A DNA stretch of 62,195 bases, the filler included, from an uncultured bacterium (GTDB lineage Bacteria; CAYJOG01), in assembly GCA_964371695.1 (NCBI GenBank). It is 20 parts of 20 records of this genome, joined end to end, with 100 filler letters (N's around TTAATTAATTAA, not from the genome) between each part and the next. Parts side by side here need not be neighbours in the genome. Positions count along the whole stretch, not along the records: positions 1 to 3,073 come from CAYJOG010000422.1; positions 3,174 to 6,240 come from CAYJOG010000423.1; positions 6,341 to 9,405 come from CAYJOG010000424.1; positions 9,506 to 12,564 come from CAYJOG010000425.1; 16 more parts are not named here. One strand, written 5' to 3'. The first letter of the stretch is position 1; the number at the start of each line of letters is the position of its first letter. This document shows positions 1 to 9,733 of the stretch, in pieces. The notes beneath the pieces were generated by a model that made no database searches, had not been told where the DNA came from, and saw nothing but the letters and a program-made list of their open reading frames with translations. The position numbers and the translations under genes are program-made.

Positions 1-238
1 GAAGTAATCATAATCCGGGTTGTCTCCGCTATCGTTTGCCAATTGGTTCAGGCCGTACTGAACTTCCCACCCATCAGGCAATACGTCACCATCAGTATCC
101 CACACGTTGATGTTCGTTCCCGCCAGTGCCTCGGCTGAGTTGATCAAACCATCGTTATCGGGATCGCCATTGGGATTGGGGTCAGGTGAATCTGGGTCGA
201 GCGGGTCCCAATTGTTGGCAACTTCCTCACCATCGCCG
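1..238 (-). CDS. Fragment of a bacterial TSP3-like (Ca-binding, Asp-rich) repeat protein; probably foreign to the rest of the contig
   Basis: Manual minus-strand translation GDGEEVANNWDPLDPDSPDPNPNGDPDNDGLINSAEALAGTNINVWDTDGDVLPDGWEVQYGLN matches DxDxDGL..E..GT...DTDGD..DGWE repeats. Runs off the window and has no start of its own. Confidence 0.65.
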
Positions 239-297
239 TGGCCATGGAGCTGGAAAAAGCCTTTGGCGGCTGGGTCAGGCCGCCGGGGCTTGGTTAA
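226..297 (+). CDS. C-terminal fragment of an amidase-signature family protein
   Basis: Manual translation LTIAVAMELEKAFGGWVRPPGLG*, a typical amidase C-terminus. Stop lies 9 nt before the next ATG. Confidence 0.55.
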   Translation, partial: LTIAVAMELEKAFGGWVRPPGLG

Positions 298-306
298 GAT
301 AGCGTC

Positions 307-1416
307 ATGAAATATGTGCGAATGCCCATGGAGGTGGAAAGCCCGGAGGAACTGGGTTATGGAAACCTCAAACAGAATTTGGCCGAAAGCTCCATGCGCG
401 ACACCGTGCTGGGCAGCCTGGGCCTGGACCTGAATGAACTGGTGCTGCTTTATGGCGATCACCGGGGTGTGCCTGAACTGCGGGACTGGCTGGCGCAGGA
501 TGCTGGTCTGAAAGACGGTTATCAGGTGCTGCTCACCGCAGGCGCGGCCATGGCGCTTTTTCTGGTGGCCACGTCTTTTCTGGAAAAAGAAGACCATCTG
601 GTGGTGGTGCGGCCCAACTACGCCACCAATCTGGAGACCCCCCGCGCCATCGGCTGCGGCATTCATTTTGTGGTCCTTTTGTTTGAACGCGGTTTTGCCG
701 TGGACCCCGAAGAAATGGCCGCCGCCATGTTGCCCCAGACAAAACTGCTCAGCGTCACCACGCCCCACAATCCCACGGGCCAGCTCATGACGCTGGACAC
801 CCTGAAGGCCCTCATTGCGCTGGCCGAGAAAAAAGGCGTCTATCTGCTGGTGGATGAAACCTATCGGGAAATGACTTATGGCACGGCCCTGCCCGTGGCC
901 GCCAGCCTCTCACCCCGCGCCATCAGTGTGTGCAGCCTCTCCAAGACTTATGGCATGCCGGGCATTCGCCTGGGCTGGGTGATGTGTCAGGACGAAACCG
1001 TGATGACAAAACTGCTGGCCGCCAAGGAACAGATCGTGATTTGCGGCAGCGTGGTGGACGAAGCCATTGCCCACGAAGCCATGAAACAACGGGCCGACTG
1101 GCTGCCCAGAATCAGAAACGACATCGCCGGGCGATTTGAAATGGTGCAGAACTGGATGCAGGGTCAGCGGCATTTTGAATGGATGCCGCCCCAGGGCGGC
1201 GTGGTGGGCCTGCCACGATTTTGCGAAGGCCTTGAGGTGGACACAGACCGTTTTTACAAAGTGCTGAACGAGGAATATGGCACGTGGGTGGGACCGGGCC
1301 ACTGGTTTGAACTTTCGCGGCGCTTTTTTCGCCTGGGTTTTGGCTGGCCCACGCGGGAGGAACTGAAAACCGGCCTCGAAACCCTGAGTTTGGCGGCAGA
1401 AAAGGCCCTCAAATAG
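307..1416 (+). CDS. PLP-dependent aminotransferase class I/II
   Basis: TTPHNPTG, LVDETY and SLSKTYGMPGIRLGW motifs. Confidence 0.92.
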   Translation: MKYVRMPMEVESPEELGYGNLKQNLAESSMRDTVLGSLGLDLNELVLLYGDHRGVPELRDWLAQDAGLKDGYQVLLTAGAAMALFLVATSFLEKEDHLVVVRPNYATNLETPRAIGCGIHFVVLLFERGFAVDPEEMAAAMLPQTKLLSVTTPHNPTGQLMTLDTLKALIALAEKKGVYLLVDETYREMTYGTALPVAASLSPRAISVCSLSKTYGMPGIRLGWVMCQDETVMTKLLAAKEQIVICGSVVDEAIAHEAMKQRADWLPRIRNDIAGRFEMVQNWMQGQRHFEWMPPQGGVVGLPRFCEGLEVDTDRFYKVLNEEYGTWVGPGHWFELSRRFFRLGFGWPTREELKTGLETLSLAAEKALK

Positions 1417-1455
1417 CTGCGACCGGAATCGGACGACAAGTTCTAGAATGGCAAA

Positions 1456-2694
1456 ATGTTGCGTGGCCCTGGCCGCTGGCTTGTCGTGATGTTTTTGCTG
1501 GGCGCTGGCGCGGCCCCGGCTCAGGCGGCTTTGTCTTTTGACCCGGCCAGGGTTTATCAGGATGCCCGGGCGCTGGCGGTTTCCGGCAAACGCAAACAGG
1601 CCATCACACGTTGCCAAAAAGCGCTGAAGCAGTGCCCCGATTGCCATGATTTGCGGGTTTTGCTGGGGCAGGTGCTTTCGTGGGAAAAACATTACCCCGA
1701 AGCCAAAAGACAGTTGGCGCAGGTGCTGGCGGCCAAACCGGCTTATCACGAAGCCCGCACGGCCCTCATCAACGTGGCGATGTGGTCCCGCGCCAATCAG
1801 GAGGCCCTGGCGCTGATTCAGGAGGGCCTGAAAATCGCCCCCCGCCATGCGGAGTACTGGTATCAGCGCGCCGTGATTTTTGACAGCCTGGGCAAGTCCC
1901 GACCGGCGCTCATCGCCATGCTCAAGGCCCTGGCCCTGTCGCCTGAGGACAAACGTTTTCTGGCCCTGCACCAGCGACTCACCCAAAAAGACCCGCTCTG
2001 GAAAATCACCACCGGCTTCAGCGTGGAGAACTTCGACAAAACATTTGAGACATGGTTCACCCGCAGTTTTTCTGTCAGCAGCAAAACCTCCATCGGCACC
2101 ATTTCGGTTTTTACAAATCACGCCCGGCGCTTTGGCGACGTGGGCACACAGGCGGGTTTTTCGTGGTATCCCAAGCTGGGCCAGAACATTTATGGTTTCA
2201 CCGAGGCGGCGTGGGCGGATGAGTCCTTTTTCCCCCGTGCGTCTTATGGCCTGGAGGTGTATTCGGGCCGCGTGGCCCCCAGCGCCGAGGTGTCTCTGGG
2301 TTTGCGGCACCTGCGTTTTGCCAGCAGCAAAACCACTTTTTACACACTGGGCTGGAGCCAGTTCATAAGAGACTGGACACTGGGTTACCGCACGTTTTAC
2401 ACCCCCAAAAGCGCTGGCGATTCGCTGTCGCACCATTTCAAAATCCGTCACCAGTGGCCCAAAACGGCGTCTCATGTTCAGCTTTCTTTTGGCTTCGGAC
2501 ACTCACCCGATGACCGCCCGACGGTGCTGACAGTGCAACGTTTGCGAAAAACCTCGTGGGGGATTTCCGCCGGGGCCAGGGTGTTTGCCCACTGGTCTTT
2601 TGGCCTGGGATATACACGCGAGAACGAGGAATTTTTGCCCGGCAAACACCGTCAGCGCGAAGCCACCGACTTTTCCCTGACGCATCAATATTGA
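1456..2694 (+). CDS. TPR-repeat plus YaiO-family outer-membrane beta-barrel protein
   Basis: Signal peptide, TPR-like helices, then a beta-strand domain (ARRFG, FFPRASYGLEVY, LGLRHLRF) ending in Tyr. Confidence 0.75.
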   Translation: MLRGPGRWLVVMFLLGAGAAPAQAALSFDPARVYQDARALAVSGKRKQAITRCQKALKQCPDCHDLRVLLGQVLSWEKHYPEAKRQLAQVLAAKPAYHEARTALINVAMWSRANQEALALIQEGLKIAPRHAEYWYQRAVIFDSLGKSRPALIAMLKALALSPEDKRFLALHQRLTQKDPLWKITTGFSVENFDKTFETWFTRSFSVSSKTSIGTISVFTNHARRFGDVGTQAGFSWYPKLGQNIYGFTEAAWADESFFPRASYGLEVYSGRVAPSAEVSLGLRHLRFASSKTTFYTLGWSQFIRDWTLGYRTFYTPKSAGDSLSHHFKIRHQWPKTASHVQLSFGFGHSPDDRPTVLTVQRLRKTSWGISAGARVFAHWSFGLGYTRENEEFLPGKHRQREATDFSLTHQY

Positions 2695-2754
2695 GCAGGC
2701 GCGTTGAAGCAAAGTCAGGCTTGATGCCAACAAATAAGGCGTTGCCGTCATTTG

Positions 2755-2932
2755 CCCTCTCCCTCAGGGAGAGGGCAGCCGAGGGTTGAGCGAAGCGAGA
2801 CCCGAGGCGGGTGAGGGGGAACGACGGGCCTATAAAAAACCCTTGTTTCGGCAGGCGTTTTCTTTCCCCCTCACCCGGACATGGCTTCGTGTTCACTCAG
2901 CCCTGTCCTGCCCTCTCCCTCAGGGAGAGGGC
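2755..2932. repeat. BoxC-like inverted doublet
   Basis: CCCTCTCCC..GGGAGAGGG..GGGTGAGGGG, an AT-rich spacer, then CCCCTCACCC..CCCTCTCCC..GGGAGAGGG. Confidence 0.8.
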
Positions 2933-2961
2933 ATTTTTCAGGCCACTTCCTGAGTCTGCGT

Positions 2962-3072
2962 TCAGGGTGATTTTGCTCTTATGGTCTTGAAGCGTTTTTT
3001 CAGCGCCGGTGTCAAAACTTCGCTGCCGGGGCCATAGACATACCAGGGGCCATCCTGCGCCAGCACCTGCAA
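2962..3072 (-). CDS. C-terminal fragment of an unknown protein
   Basis: Manual translation LQVLAQDGPWYVYGPGSEVLTPALKKRFKTIRAKSP*; cut by the linker. Confidence 0.4.
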   Translation of the reverse strand: MQVLAQDGPWYVYGPGSEVLTPALKKRFKTIRAKSP

Positions 3073-3073
3073 C

Positions 3074-3173
3074 NNNNNNNNNNNNNNNNNNNNNNNNNNN
3101 NNNNNNNNNNNNNNNNNTTAATTAATTAANNNNNNNNNNNNNNNNNNNNNNNNNNNNNNNNNNNNNNNNNNNN
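3074..3173. other. Artificial contig linker (first of 19)
   Basis: N-run, TTAATTAATTAA (stops in all six frames), N-run. Others start at 6241, 9406, 12565, 15709, 18851, 21993, 25132, 28268, 31354, 34467, 37572, 40672, 43772, 46867, 49960, 53044, 56108 and 59153. Confidence 0.99.
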
Positions 3174-4047
3174 CATCCGGCCCGGTATAAAGCCGCACGA
3201 TGGTGGGCAGAATCAGCGCGTTGGCCCCGCCGCCTTCCACCAGGGCGTCGTCCACCAGCATGCGCAGCATCTGCAACTGCATGCTGGCCTGAAAGGGGAT
3301 TTCCTCCAGCAGGTACAGCAGTTTTTTCAGGTGGTCTTCGGCCCGTGCGCTGTTCCACTGGGCGGGGGGGCGGCCCTCGCGGGCTTCTCTTTCGGCGAAC
3401 TGGTAATACAGCACAAACAGTCCCGCCAGTTTCCAGTGGCTTTTTTCGTGCTGAAAAAAATGGCTGTAGGCGCGGGTGAGCACAATCACGTCCGCCGGTG
3501 TCAGCTTCGAGCCGGGGAAATAGCCGGACAACGCTTTTTCGTCCACCCATTCTCCCAGGCTCACCATGTCCAGCGGTTTGTCCGAAAAAAGCAGGTCCAG
3601 CATGTAGTTGCTCGAAAAAAACAGCCCGTCCATGCCGCCGATGCCCGGAATGTACATGGGCTGGCGCGGGAAAACCTGACAGGTGGTGCCCTTGGCCTCA
3701 AAGCCCAGGTGCTGGTGTATCAGGCATTTTTTGTCTTCGGCCAGAAAAGGGCACACGCCTGTTTTTGGGTCCAGGATGATGTGTGTTTCTTCGTGGGTGT
3801 TTTCGCCTTCGCCCCGCGTGACCTTTTGGAAGATTTCCTTTTCCATGGGGAACATGTTGCGGGATTTGAAATAAGCCTCCACGCGTTCGGCCCGGTCCTC
3901 TTCAATGGAAATGCCCCAGGCCCGGCAGCATTCGCCGCAACCGGTGCAGCCCACCTTGGCGGCCTCTGCAAACGACACATAACGTCCATCCTGGGCAGAG
4001 TCGGCATCCTTGTGGTGCGTCTGGCGGGCGAAGATGGGCGAAGCCAT
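3174..4047 (-). CDS. FliB-like flagellin lysine N-methylase / YkgJ-type Cys-cluster protein (3' partial)
   Basis: CTGCGECCRAWGISIE and CPFL..DKKCLIH..LG......CQVFPR motifs. ATG at 4047 has GGAG upstream. Confidence 0.7.
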
Positions 4048-4136
4048 CTCCCAAGTATAGGCAGAAGGTGATTTCTGGCAGGTTTGTGGTGGTTTTGGCC
4101 GTTGACCCTTTTGCAACACCGTGATAAGAAACCTTC

Positions 4137-4715
4137 ATGGCCATGGTGCAGTTATTGACACCCACCTCACCGGACTGGGTGCAGGGGGTGCTGGGCGATT
4201 TCGACGCTTTTCTGGCAGATCACGCCGCCTGCGAGCGCAAGGCCAGCGCCATGGGTGTCTCGCTGGTGCAGAAATACCCCGACCGCATCCCGCTCATCGC
4301 GCCGCTGATCCAGATGGCGCTGGAGGAAATGGAACATTTTCAGCGGGTGTGGGCGCTGATGGAAAAACGGGGCCTGAAGCTGGGGGCGGACACGCGGGAT
4401 GAATACATGGGTGGGCTTTTGCGGCACATCCGACAGGGGCGCGACGAAGGCCTGCTGGACCGCCTGCTGCTGGTGGGTGTGGTGGAGGCCCGCGGCCATG
4501 AGCGGTTTGGTCTGGTGGCCCAGGCGTTGCCGCCCGGCGAACTGAAGGATTTTTATGAGGACATCACGCGGTCTGAGGCCCGCCACATCAGTCTGTTTGT
4601 GGGGCTGGCGAGAAAATATTTTACAGAAGACACCATTCAGCAGCGGCTGGGCCAGTGGCTGGAAGTTGAAGGCCAGATTGTCGCCGCACTGCCGCTGAGG
4701 GCCGCGGTGCATTGA
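4137..4715 (+). CDS. miaE: tRNA-(ms2io6A) hydroxylase
   Basis: DHAACERKAS, EEMEHF, DRLL...VEAR.HERF and SEARH diiron motifs. Confidence 0.93.
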   Translation: MAMVQLLTPTSPDWVQGVLGDFDAFLADHAACERKASAMGVSLVQKYPDRIPLIAPLIQMALEEMEHFQRVWALMEKRGLKLGADTRDEYMGGLLRHIRQGRDEGLLDRLLLVGVVEARGHERFGLVAQALPPGELKDFYEDITRSEARHISLFVGLARKYFTEDTIQQRLGQWLEVEGQIVAALPLRAAVH

Positions 4716-6127
4716 CGCACAACGCTGCTTCCAAAGCCGTGGTGCAATATCTGGCCCGTTACGCCGAGCCGCAGGCCGTGGCGGCGGACAGGGTGAAGGG
4801 GCAGTGGCCCCACGCCGTGGCGGTGCCGCTCTGCGCCGAAGAAGACCTCTGGCCCCAGGCGCTGGCCCATCTGGCCCAGGCGGCGCAGCAGGCGGGTGGG
4901 GCGCTGTGTGTGCTTACGGTCAATGCGCCAGAAGACGCCCCGGAGGATTTTCACGCCGCCAACCAGCGGTTGTTGGCGGTGCTTTTGAACCGCCTGGAAA
5001 ACCTGCGGCCCCTGATGGGCGACGCCCACGGCCCCTGGGCCTGGCTGGGGGTCTGGCCCGGCGGCCTTGATATATTGCTCCTGGACAGGGCCAGTGAAGG
5101 GGGGCGGATGCCTGCGGGCCAGGGGGTGGGTCTGGCGCGCAAAACCGGCGCGGACCTGGCCCTGGCCCTGTGGCAGCAGGGCAAGCTCCTCAGCCCGTGG
5201 CTTTTTCACACCGACGCCGACGCCCTGCTGCCGCCGGATTATTTTTTGGCCGCAGCGGGAGCGCCCGAAAACGCTGTGGCCCTCACGCTGCCCTTTGCCC
5301 ATGGGCCTGCGGCAGACCCGGCGCTGCGCCACCTGTGGCCGCCCTTGGCGCTTTATGAAATCTCGCTGCGTTATTACGTGCTGGGCTTGCACTGGGCCGG
5401 TTCGCCCCACGCCTTTCACACCGTGGGCAGCACACTGGCCACCCGTCACGGGGCCTATGCCGCCGTGCGGGGTTTTCCCCGGCGCAACGCAGCAGAGGAT
5501 TTTTATCTGCTGGACAAACTCAGCGCCCTGGGGCCGGTGTTTGCGCCCGCCTCGCCGCTCATCACGCTGCCTGCGCGGGTCTCGGCCCGTGTGCCCTTTG
5601 GCACGGGGCGGGCGGTGCAGGACATCGGCCAGACACTGGCGCAGGGGGATGATTTCACCCTCTATCACCCGGCGTGTTTTGCCGCGCTCAAAAGTTTTCT
5701 GGAAGTGCTGGAGGAATTTGCCCGCGCACCGGACGGCAGCCGGGCGAGGCGGGGGTTGACAGAATCAGACCCGGCCCTGGGGGCCATGGTGGCGCAACTG
5801 GGAGGCCCTGAGGCGGTGGCCGGTGAGTGGGAAAAACTGGCGCATCAAAACAGCGGCCCGGCTCTGCGCCGCTGGTTGCACGGTTGGTTTGGCGGTCTGA
5901 AAACCCTGCGGGCGGTGCATGCGGTGCGGGACGGGGCATTGGCCAATCTGCCCTGGCCAGAGGCACTGCAGGAGGCGCCCTTCACGGCCTTGGGAGAAAC
6001 CTTTGCCCGTGCGCCAGACAAAGCCCTGCACACACTTTTTGCCTATGAAAAAGCCCGTTTGCACGGCCACAGCGCGGGTGTTTGGGCCTCACCGCCCTTG
6101 CTTTCAGGTCAAGGAAAAACCCCCTGA
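4712..6127 (+). CDS. GT2/GT-A-like glycosyltransferase family protein
   Basis: GVGLARKTGAD, TDADA (DxD), FHTVGS and GFPRRNAAEDFYLLDKL motifs; overlaps the miaE stop. Confidence 0.75.
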   Translation: MTHNAASKAVVQYLARYAEPQAVAADRVKGQWPHAVAVPLCAEEDLWPQALAHLAQAAQQAGGALCVLTVNAPEDAPEDFHAANQRLLAVLLNRLENLRPLMGDAHGPWAWLGVWPGGLDILLLDRASEGGRMPAGQGVGLARKTGADLALALWQQGKLLSPWLFHTDADALLPPDYFLAAAGAPENAVALTLPFAHGPAADPALRHLWPPLALYEISLRYYVLGLHWAGSPHAFHTVGSTLATRHGAYAAVRGFPRRNAAEDFYLLDKLSALGPVFAPASPLITLPARVSARVPFGTGRAVQDIGQTLAQGDDFTLYHPACFAALKSFLEVLEEFARAPDGSRARRGLTESDPALGAMVAQLGGPEAVAGEWEKLAHQNSGPALRRWLHGWFGGLKTLRAVHAVRDGALANLPWPEALQEAPFTALGETFARAPDKALHTLFAYEKARLHGHSAGVWASPPLLSGQGKTP

Positions 6128-6144
6128 TTTCTCGCCCATTTTTT

Positions 6145-6171
6145 GGAGTAGGCGCGGTGTTCGCACCGCGC
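6145..6171 (+). repeat. GTAG-type REP, class A
   Basis: GGAGTAGGCGCGGTG-TTCG-CACCGCGC, with many similar copies in the window. Confidence 0.8.
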
Positions 6172-6453
6172 AACAACCCTAGAGCAAATTCATATTTGAC
6201 GTAGACAAAGGGTGGGGCCAGTCCTTGCCCTCTCCCTGAGNNNNNNNNNNNNNNNNNNNNNNNNNNNNNNNNNNNNNNNNNNNNTTAATTAATTAANNNN
6301 NNNNNNNNNNNNNNNNNNNNNNNNNNNNNNNNNNNNNNNNAAAAAAAAAAGGGTGTGTTTTTTTTAAAACTGTTTCCCCGTTGTCGGGTAATTCACGCCG
6401 GAGCACAAAAAGGGCTTTTATCTTTTCCAGCTTCCTTCCTTCTGTCGTCCTTT

Positions 6454-7596
6454 TCACCCCCGCCGCTGGAGCCACACCAGCACCTGTGTGTCGTTGGTGC
6501 CGCTCAGCACTTCAATGCCGCCGCCCTGGGCCTCGATGAGTTCCTTTGCCAGCGCCAGACCAATGCCCAGCTTGCCGTGGGCGGCGGTGTGTTCATCCAG
6601 CGTGGAAAGGTCTTCGTAGATTTCCGCCACCACTTCGGCGGGCAGGCCCAGGGGGCGCAGGCGCAGGGCCACGCCCTCGGCATTGGCTTCCAGCACCAGG
6701 GCCTGACCGCGCGGGGCGTGCTGAATCAACAGGCGCGCCAGTTCCAGCACCGCCAGTTTCAGCCGCCCGTCGGTTTCCACCTCCAGGCCCACCGGCACGT
6801 TGTTGATCACGCTGAGGCCGTTTTTTGAAGCCTCTTCGGCCACCTGTTCCAGCACCCGCTGGGCCAGGGGGTTCAGGGCCAGACGGCTGATTTGCGGGTG
6901 AAAGTGGCCATAACACAAATCCACCAGCGTGAGCATTTCCTGCACGCTCTGGCTGTAGTTTTCCATTTTGCCGTGAAAGGCTGTGAGCGCCCGGTGGCGT
7001 TCGTCCTGCGAGCCTTCTTCAGAGGCGCTGAGCTGGGTGGATTCTTCTTCGAGCTGGCTCAGAAAAGTGCGCAGGTCGCGGGTGATTTCGCCGCTCAGGC
7101 CGTCGCGCATGGCTTTGAGCTGGTGCTCGGTTTTCAGGGCCTGGGCCATGAGGTCGGCCACGCGGTCGTTGGTGGTGCGGATGCGTAACGAAAGAATGCG
7201 CGAAAGGTTGCGCAACACCACGTTGCCGGTGGCTGGCTCCTGGTTCACAAAGCGGTTAAAGGTTTCGCCGTCAAATTCCACCAGCGTGGCCTGGCTGAGG
7301 GTGCGGGCGCGGGCGCTGCGCAGGCCGCCGTCCAGCAGGGCCATCTCGCCAAAAAAATCGCCGCTTGCCAGAATCGCCAGACACCGCTCCACCCCCCGGC
7401 TTTCGGGGGCCAGTTTGTTGATGGCCACAAAACCGTCTTCCACTACAAAAAAACTGTCGCCCCGGTCGTTTTCTTCAAACAGCAGCACCTGGGCGCTGAG
7501 GGGCCGCACCACACCCACCGACACCAGCGATTGAAGGGCCGGCAGGGGCAGGCCCTCGAACAACGGGCAACGCTGGAGCGCTTGGGCGGTGGTCAT
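6454..7596 (-). CDS. cNMP-binding domain plus degenerate histidine-kinase-like domain
   Basis: GDFFGEMALLDGGLRSA (cNMP motif), H-box-like EITRDLRTFL without His, and G2-like KLGIGLALAKELIEAQGG. Confidence 0.8.
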   Translation of the reverse strand: MTTAQALQRCPLFEGLPLPALQSLVSVGVVRPLSAQVLLFEENDRGDSFFVVEDGFVAINKLAPESRGVERCLAILASGDFFGEMALLDGGLRSARARTLSQATLVEFDGETFNRFVNQEPATGNVVLRNLSRILSLRIRTTNDRVADLMAQALKTEHQLKAMRDGLSGEITRDLRTFLSQLEEESTQLSASEEGSQDERHRALTAFHGKMENYSQSVQEMLTLVDLCYGHFHPQISRLALNPLAQRVLEQVAEEASKNGLSVINNVPVGLEVETDGRLKLAVLELARLLIQHAPRGQALVLEANAEGVALRLRPLGLPAEVVAEIYEDLSTLDEHTAAHGKLGIGLALAKELIEAQGGGIEVLSGTNDTQVLVWLQRRG

Positions 7597-7621
7597 GGGA
7601 AGGGTATTGTAAACTTACTAG

Positions 7622-8041
7622 GTGCTCCGCCGCTTCGCCGTAATGTTTTTGCCGCTGATGTTGCTGCTGGCGGGCGCGGGCTGTGTCAGCAACAACACCA
7701 CCGACTCCAGCCTGAGCGGCAAAGACGCCCCCCCCCGCCGCCTGTGCGACGCCCTGAAAAACGGCCAGTACGAAGTGTTGTTCAAGATGCTGCCGCCCAA
7801 AACGCAGAAGCGGGCCACCCTGCGCACGCTGCCCCTGGACCTGAACCTGCCTCCGGCGCAATACGTGGACCGCTGCCGCCTGATGAAGCTGGAGGAAACC
7901 GCCCGCCAAAAAGGCAAAACCGTGCGGGTCAAGGCCACCTATGTCATCTGGCTGGACGACGGCGGCGCGAACCGCTACGAAATGTATTTCAAAAAAATCG
8001 GCCCCCGGTGGCGGCTGTTGCCCTCGTGGGAAATCCGGTGA
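7622..8041 (+). CDS. Hypothetical lipoprotein
   Basis: Lipobox-like LLAGAGC; host-like codon usage. Confidence 0.65.
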   Translation: MLRRFAVMFLPLMLLLAGAGCVSNNTTDSSLSGKDAPPRRLCDALKNGQYEVLFKMLPPKTQKRATLRTLPLDLNLPPAQYVDRCRLMKLEETARQKGKTVRVKATYVIWLDDGGANRYEMYFKKIGPRWRLLPSWEIR

Positions 8042-8811
8042 AAAAGGCTTTTGCCGCAAGTTTGCTTCTGGGAATGGCCCTGCTGGCGGTGGGGTGTTCC
8101 TCGCGCCGCAACCAGGACATCCGCCTGGGCGAAAAATGGGTGTACCGCTACGAAAAAATCGTCGAGGCCAATCCCCAGTCCATCATGGAGCCGCCTTTTC
8201 AGGAGGGACTGTTTTATGTGCTGGGGGGTGACCTGATGGACGCCAAAACCGCCATCGGCGGCACGGGCAAATCACGGGAATACAAAATCGCCTTTGCCAA
8301 GGGCAAGGCCGACCCAAAGGCCCCCATGGCCTTCACCGCCGGTGCGCTGGTGGATGAAGCCGGTCGCATGAAACCCTATTGGGGTGTGCCGCCGCAGGAC
8401 ATGGACTGGCTGTTTTTTCCGCTGCCTGCAAATTACCGCAACGGTTTCACCGTGGAACTGCCGGGGGCCAAGCTGGTGCGCATGAGCTACAACCCCATCC
8501 TCACCCTTCAGGTCAAACCCTATCAGCCCACCGAAGAAGACCTGCGCAAGAACCCCCTCATGAAAAATGGCCTCGTGTTCAAGTACAAAGGCACGGGCAA
8601 GCTGGATCGTGAAGTGGGGCGCATCGCCAACATCCGGGCCAGGGGGGGCGTTGTGTCCATCGACGGCACACTGGTGGTGGATCCGGATCGCCGCCGCCTG
8701 CTCAGCCGCCACGAATATCACCTGTTGAACATGAACGTGGAAGGCATGGTGGGGGGGCAGGCCATCCGCATTTACCGTCAGGAGATACGCAAACTCGATG
8801 CCGTGTTGTGA
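8038..8811 (+). CDS. Hypothetical lipoprotein
   Basis: GTG start overlapping the previous TGA; signal KKAFAASLLLGMALLAVGC. Confidence 0.7.
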   Translation: MKKAFAASLLLGMALLAVGCSSRRNQDIRLGEKWVYRYEKIVEANPQSIMEPPFQEGLFYVLGGDLMDAKTAIGGTGKSREYKIAFAKGKADPKAPMAFTAGALVDEAGRMKPYWGVPPQDMDWLFFPLPANYRNGFTVELPGAKLVRMSYNPILTLQVKPYQPTEEDLRKNPLMKNGLVFKYKGTGKLDREVGRIANIRARGGVVSIDGTLVVDPDRRRLLSRHEYHLLNMNVEGMVGGQAIRIYRQEIRKLDAVL

Positions 8812-8820
8812 GTCCTGCCC

Positions 8821-9405
8821 ATGACCGGCCAACCCGCCTGCCACCGCTGCGGCGCGCTGCTGAGCGAAGGCAAGAAGTTTTGCGGCAAATGTGGCGCACC
8901 GGTGGCGCTGGTGCCGGCTCAGGTGGCTGCGCCGCTCCAACCCGTTTCGCCTCCCGTTGCAACAAAACCTGCTTCTGTGCCGCCGGTTGTTTCAACACCG
9001 CCGCCCCCTGCGGCAACGCCTGCCCCTGTTGCTTCTGAGGGTTGGGTGGAAACCCGTCTGGCTCAGGCCATGGCGCTGCTGGGTGAGCTTCACGCCCCCC
9101 GTTTGTTGCTGCCCCTGTGGCTGATGGTGTCGGTGCTGGTGTGGGAGGCCGGTGTGGGGGCGGGCCTGCTGCTGCTGTTGGGTCAAAAAAAACAACACCG
9201 CCTGAAACCCCTGGCTGAGTTGTTGCTGATCGCTGGCTTGGCGGGCCTGCTGCTGGCCCGGGCGCTGGTGGACGGACGGTGCCTGCTCAAGGGGGTCCGG
9301 CGTCTGGCCGCGGGCCACCTGCTCCGCCGCGCGGAGGACGGCACGGTCCGCGAGCAGCAGGTCTTCCCGCTCAGGCCCGACGACCGCTGCTTCGACATGC
9401 CCTTC
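8821..9405 (+). CDS. Zinc-ribbon membrane protein (partial; tail probably chimeric)
   Basis: CHRCG..FCGKCG, a Pro-rich linker and TM segments; the last ~45 aa resemble an AsnB-type domain. Confidence 0.65.
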
Positions 9406-9582
9406 NNNNNNNNNNNNNNNNNNNNNNNNNNNNNNNNNNNNNNNNNNNNTTAATTAATTAANNNNNNNNNNNNNNNNNNNNNNNNNNNNNNNNNNNNNNN
9501 NNNNNCCCCCCCCCCCCCCCCCCCAATACTGTTGGCCCCCCGGCTGTTGGCCTTGCCTGGGTGTTTGTCAACACCCTGTACC

Positions 9583-9711
9583 GGAGTAGCGGCGGTGCCC
9601 ACACCGCCGCGAAGGGCAAAAACCCTTTGTTTTGCTTTGGTTTGTGCGCGGTGGGGACACCGCGCCTACTCCAAAATGGTTGTGGTGCGACGGGGGCGTC
9701 GCCGCTACTCC
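9583..9711. repeat. Class A REP inverted pair (REPIN-like) plus a third REP
   Basis: GGAGTAGCGGCGGTG..CACCGCCG at 9583, GCGCGGTG..CACCGCGCCTACTCC at 9646-9672, and a further ..GCTACTCC at ~9711. Confidence 0.8.
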
Positions 9712-9733
9712 CTGGTTTAAACCGGTGGACCCC

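Noticed and set aside
910-2502. Long antisense ORFs (also 13552-15108, 38944-40608, 40778-42217, 42310-43827 and others)
   Set aside because: Shadow frames of well-supported genes in high-GC DNA, with no recognisable motifs.
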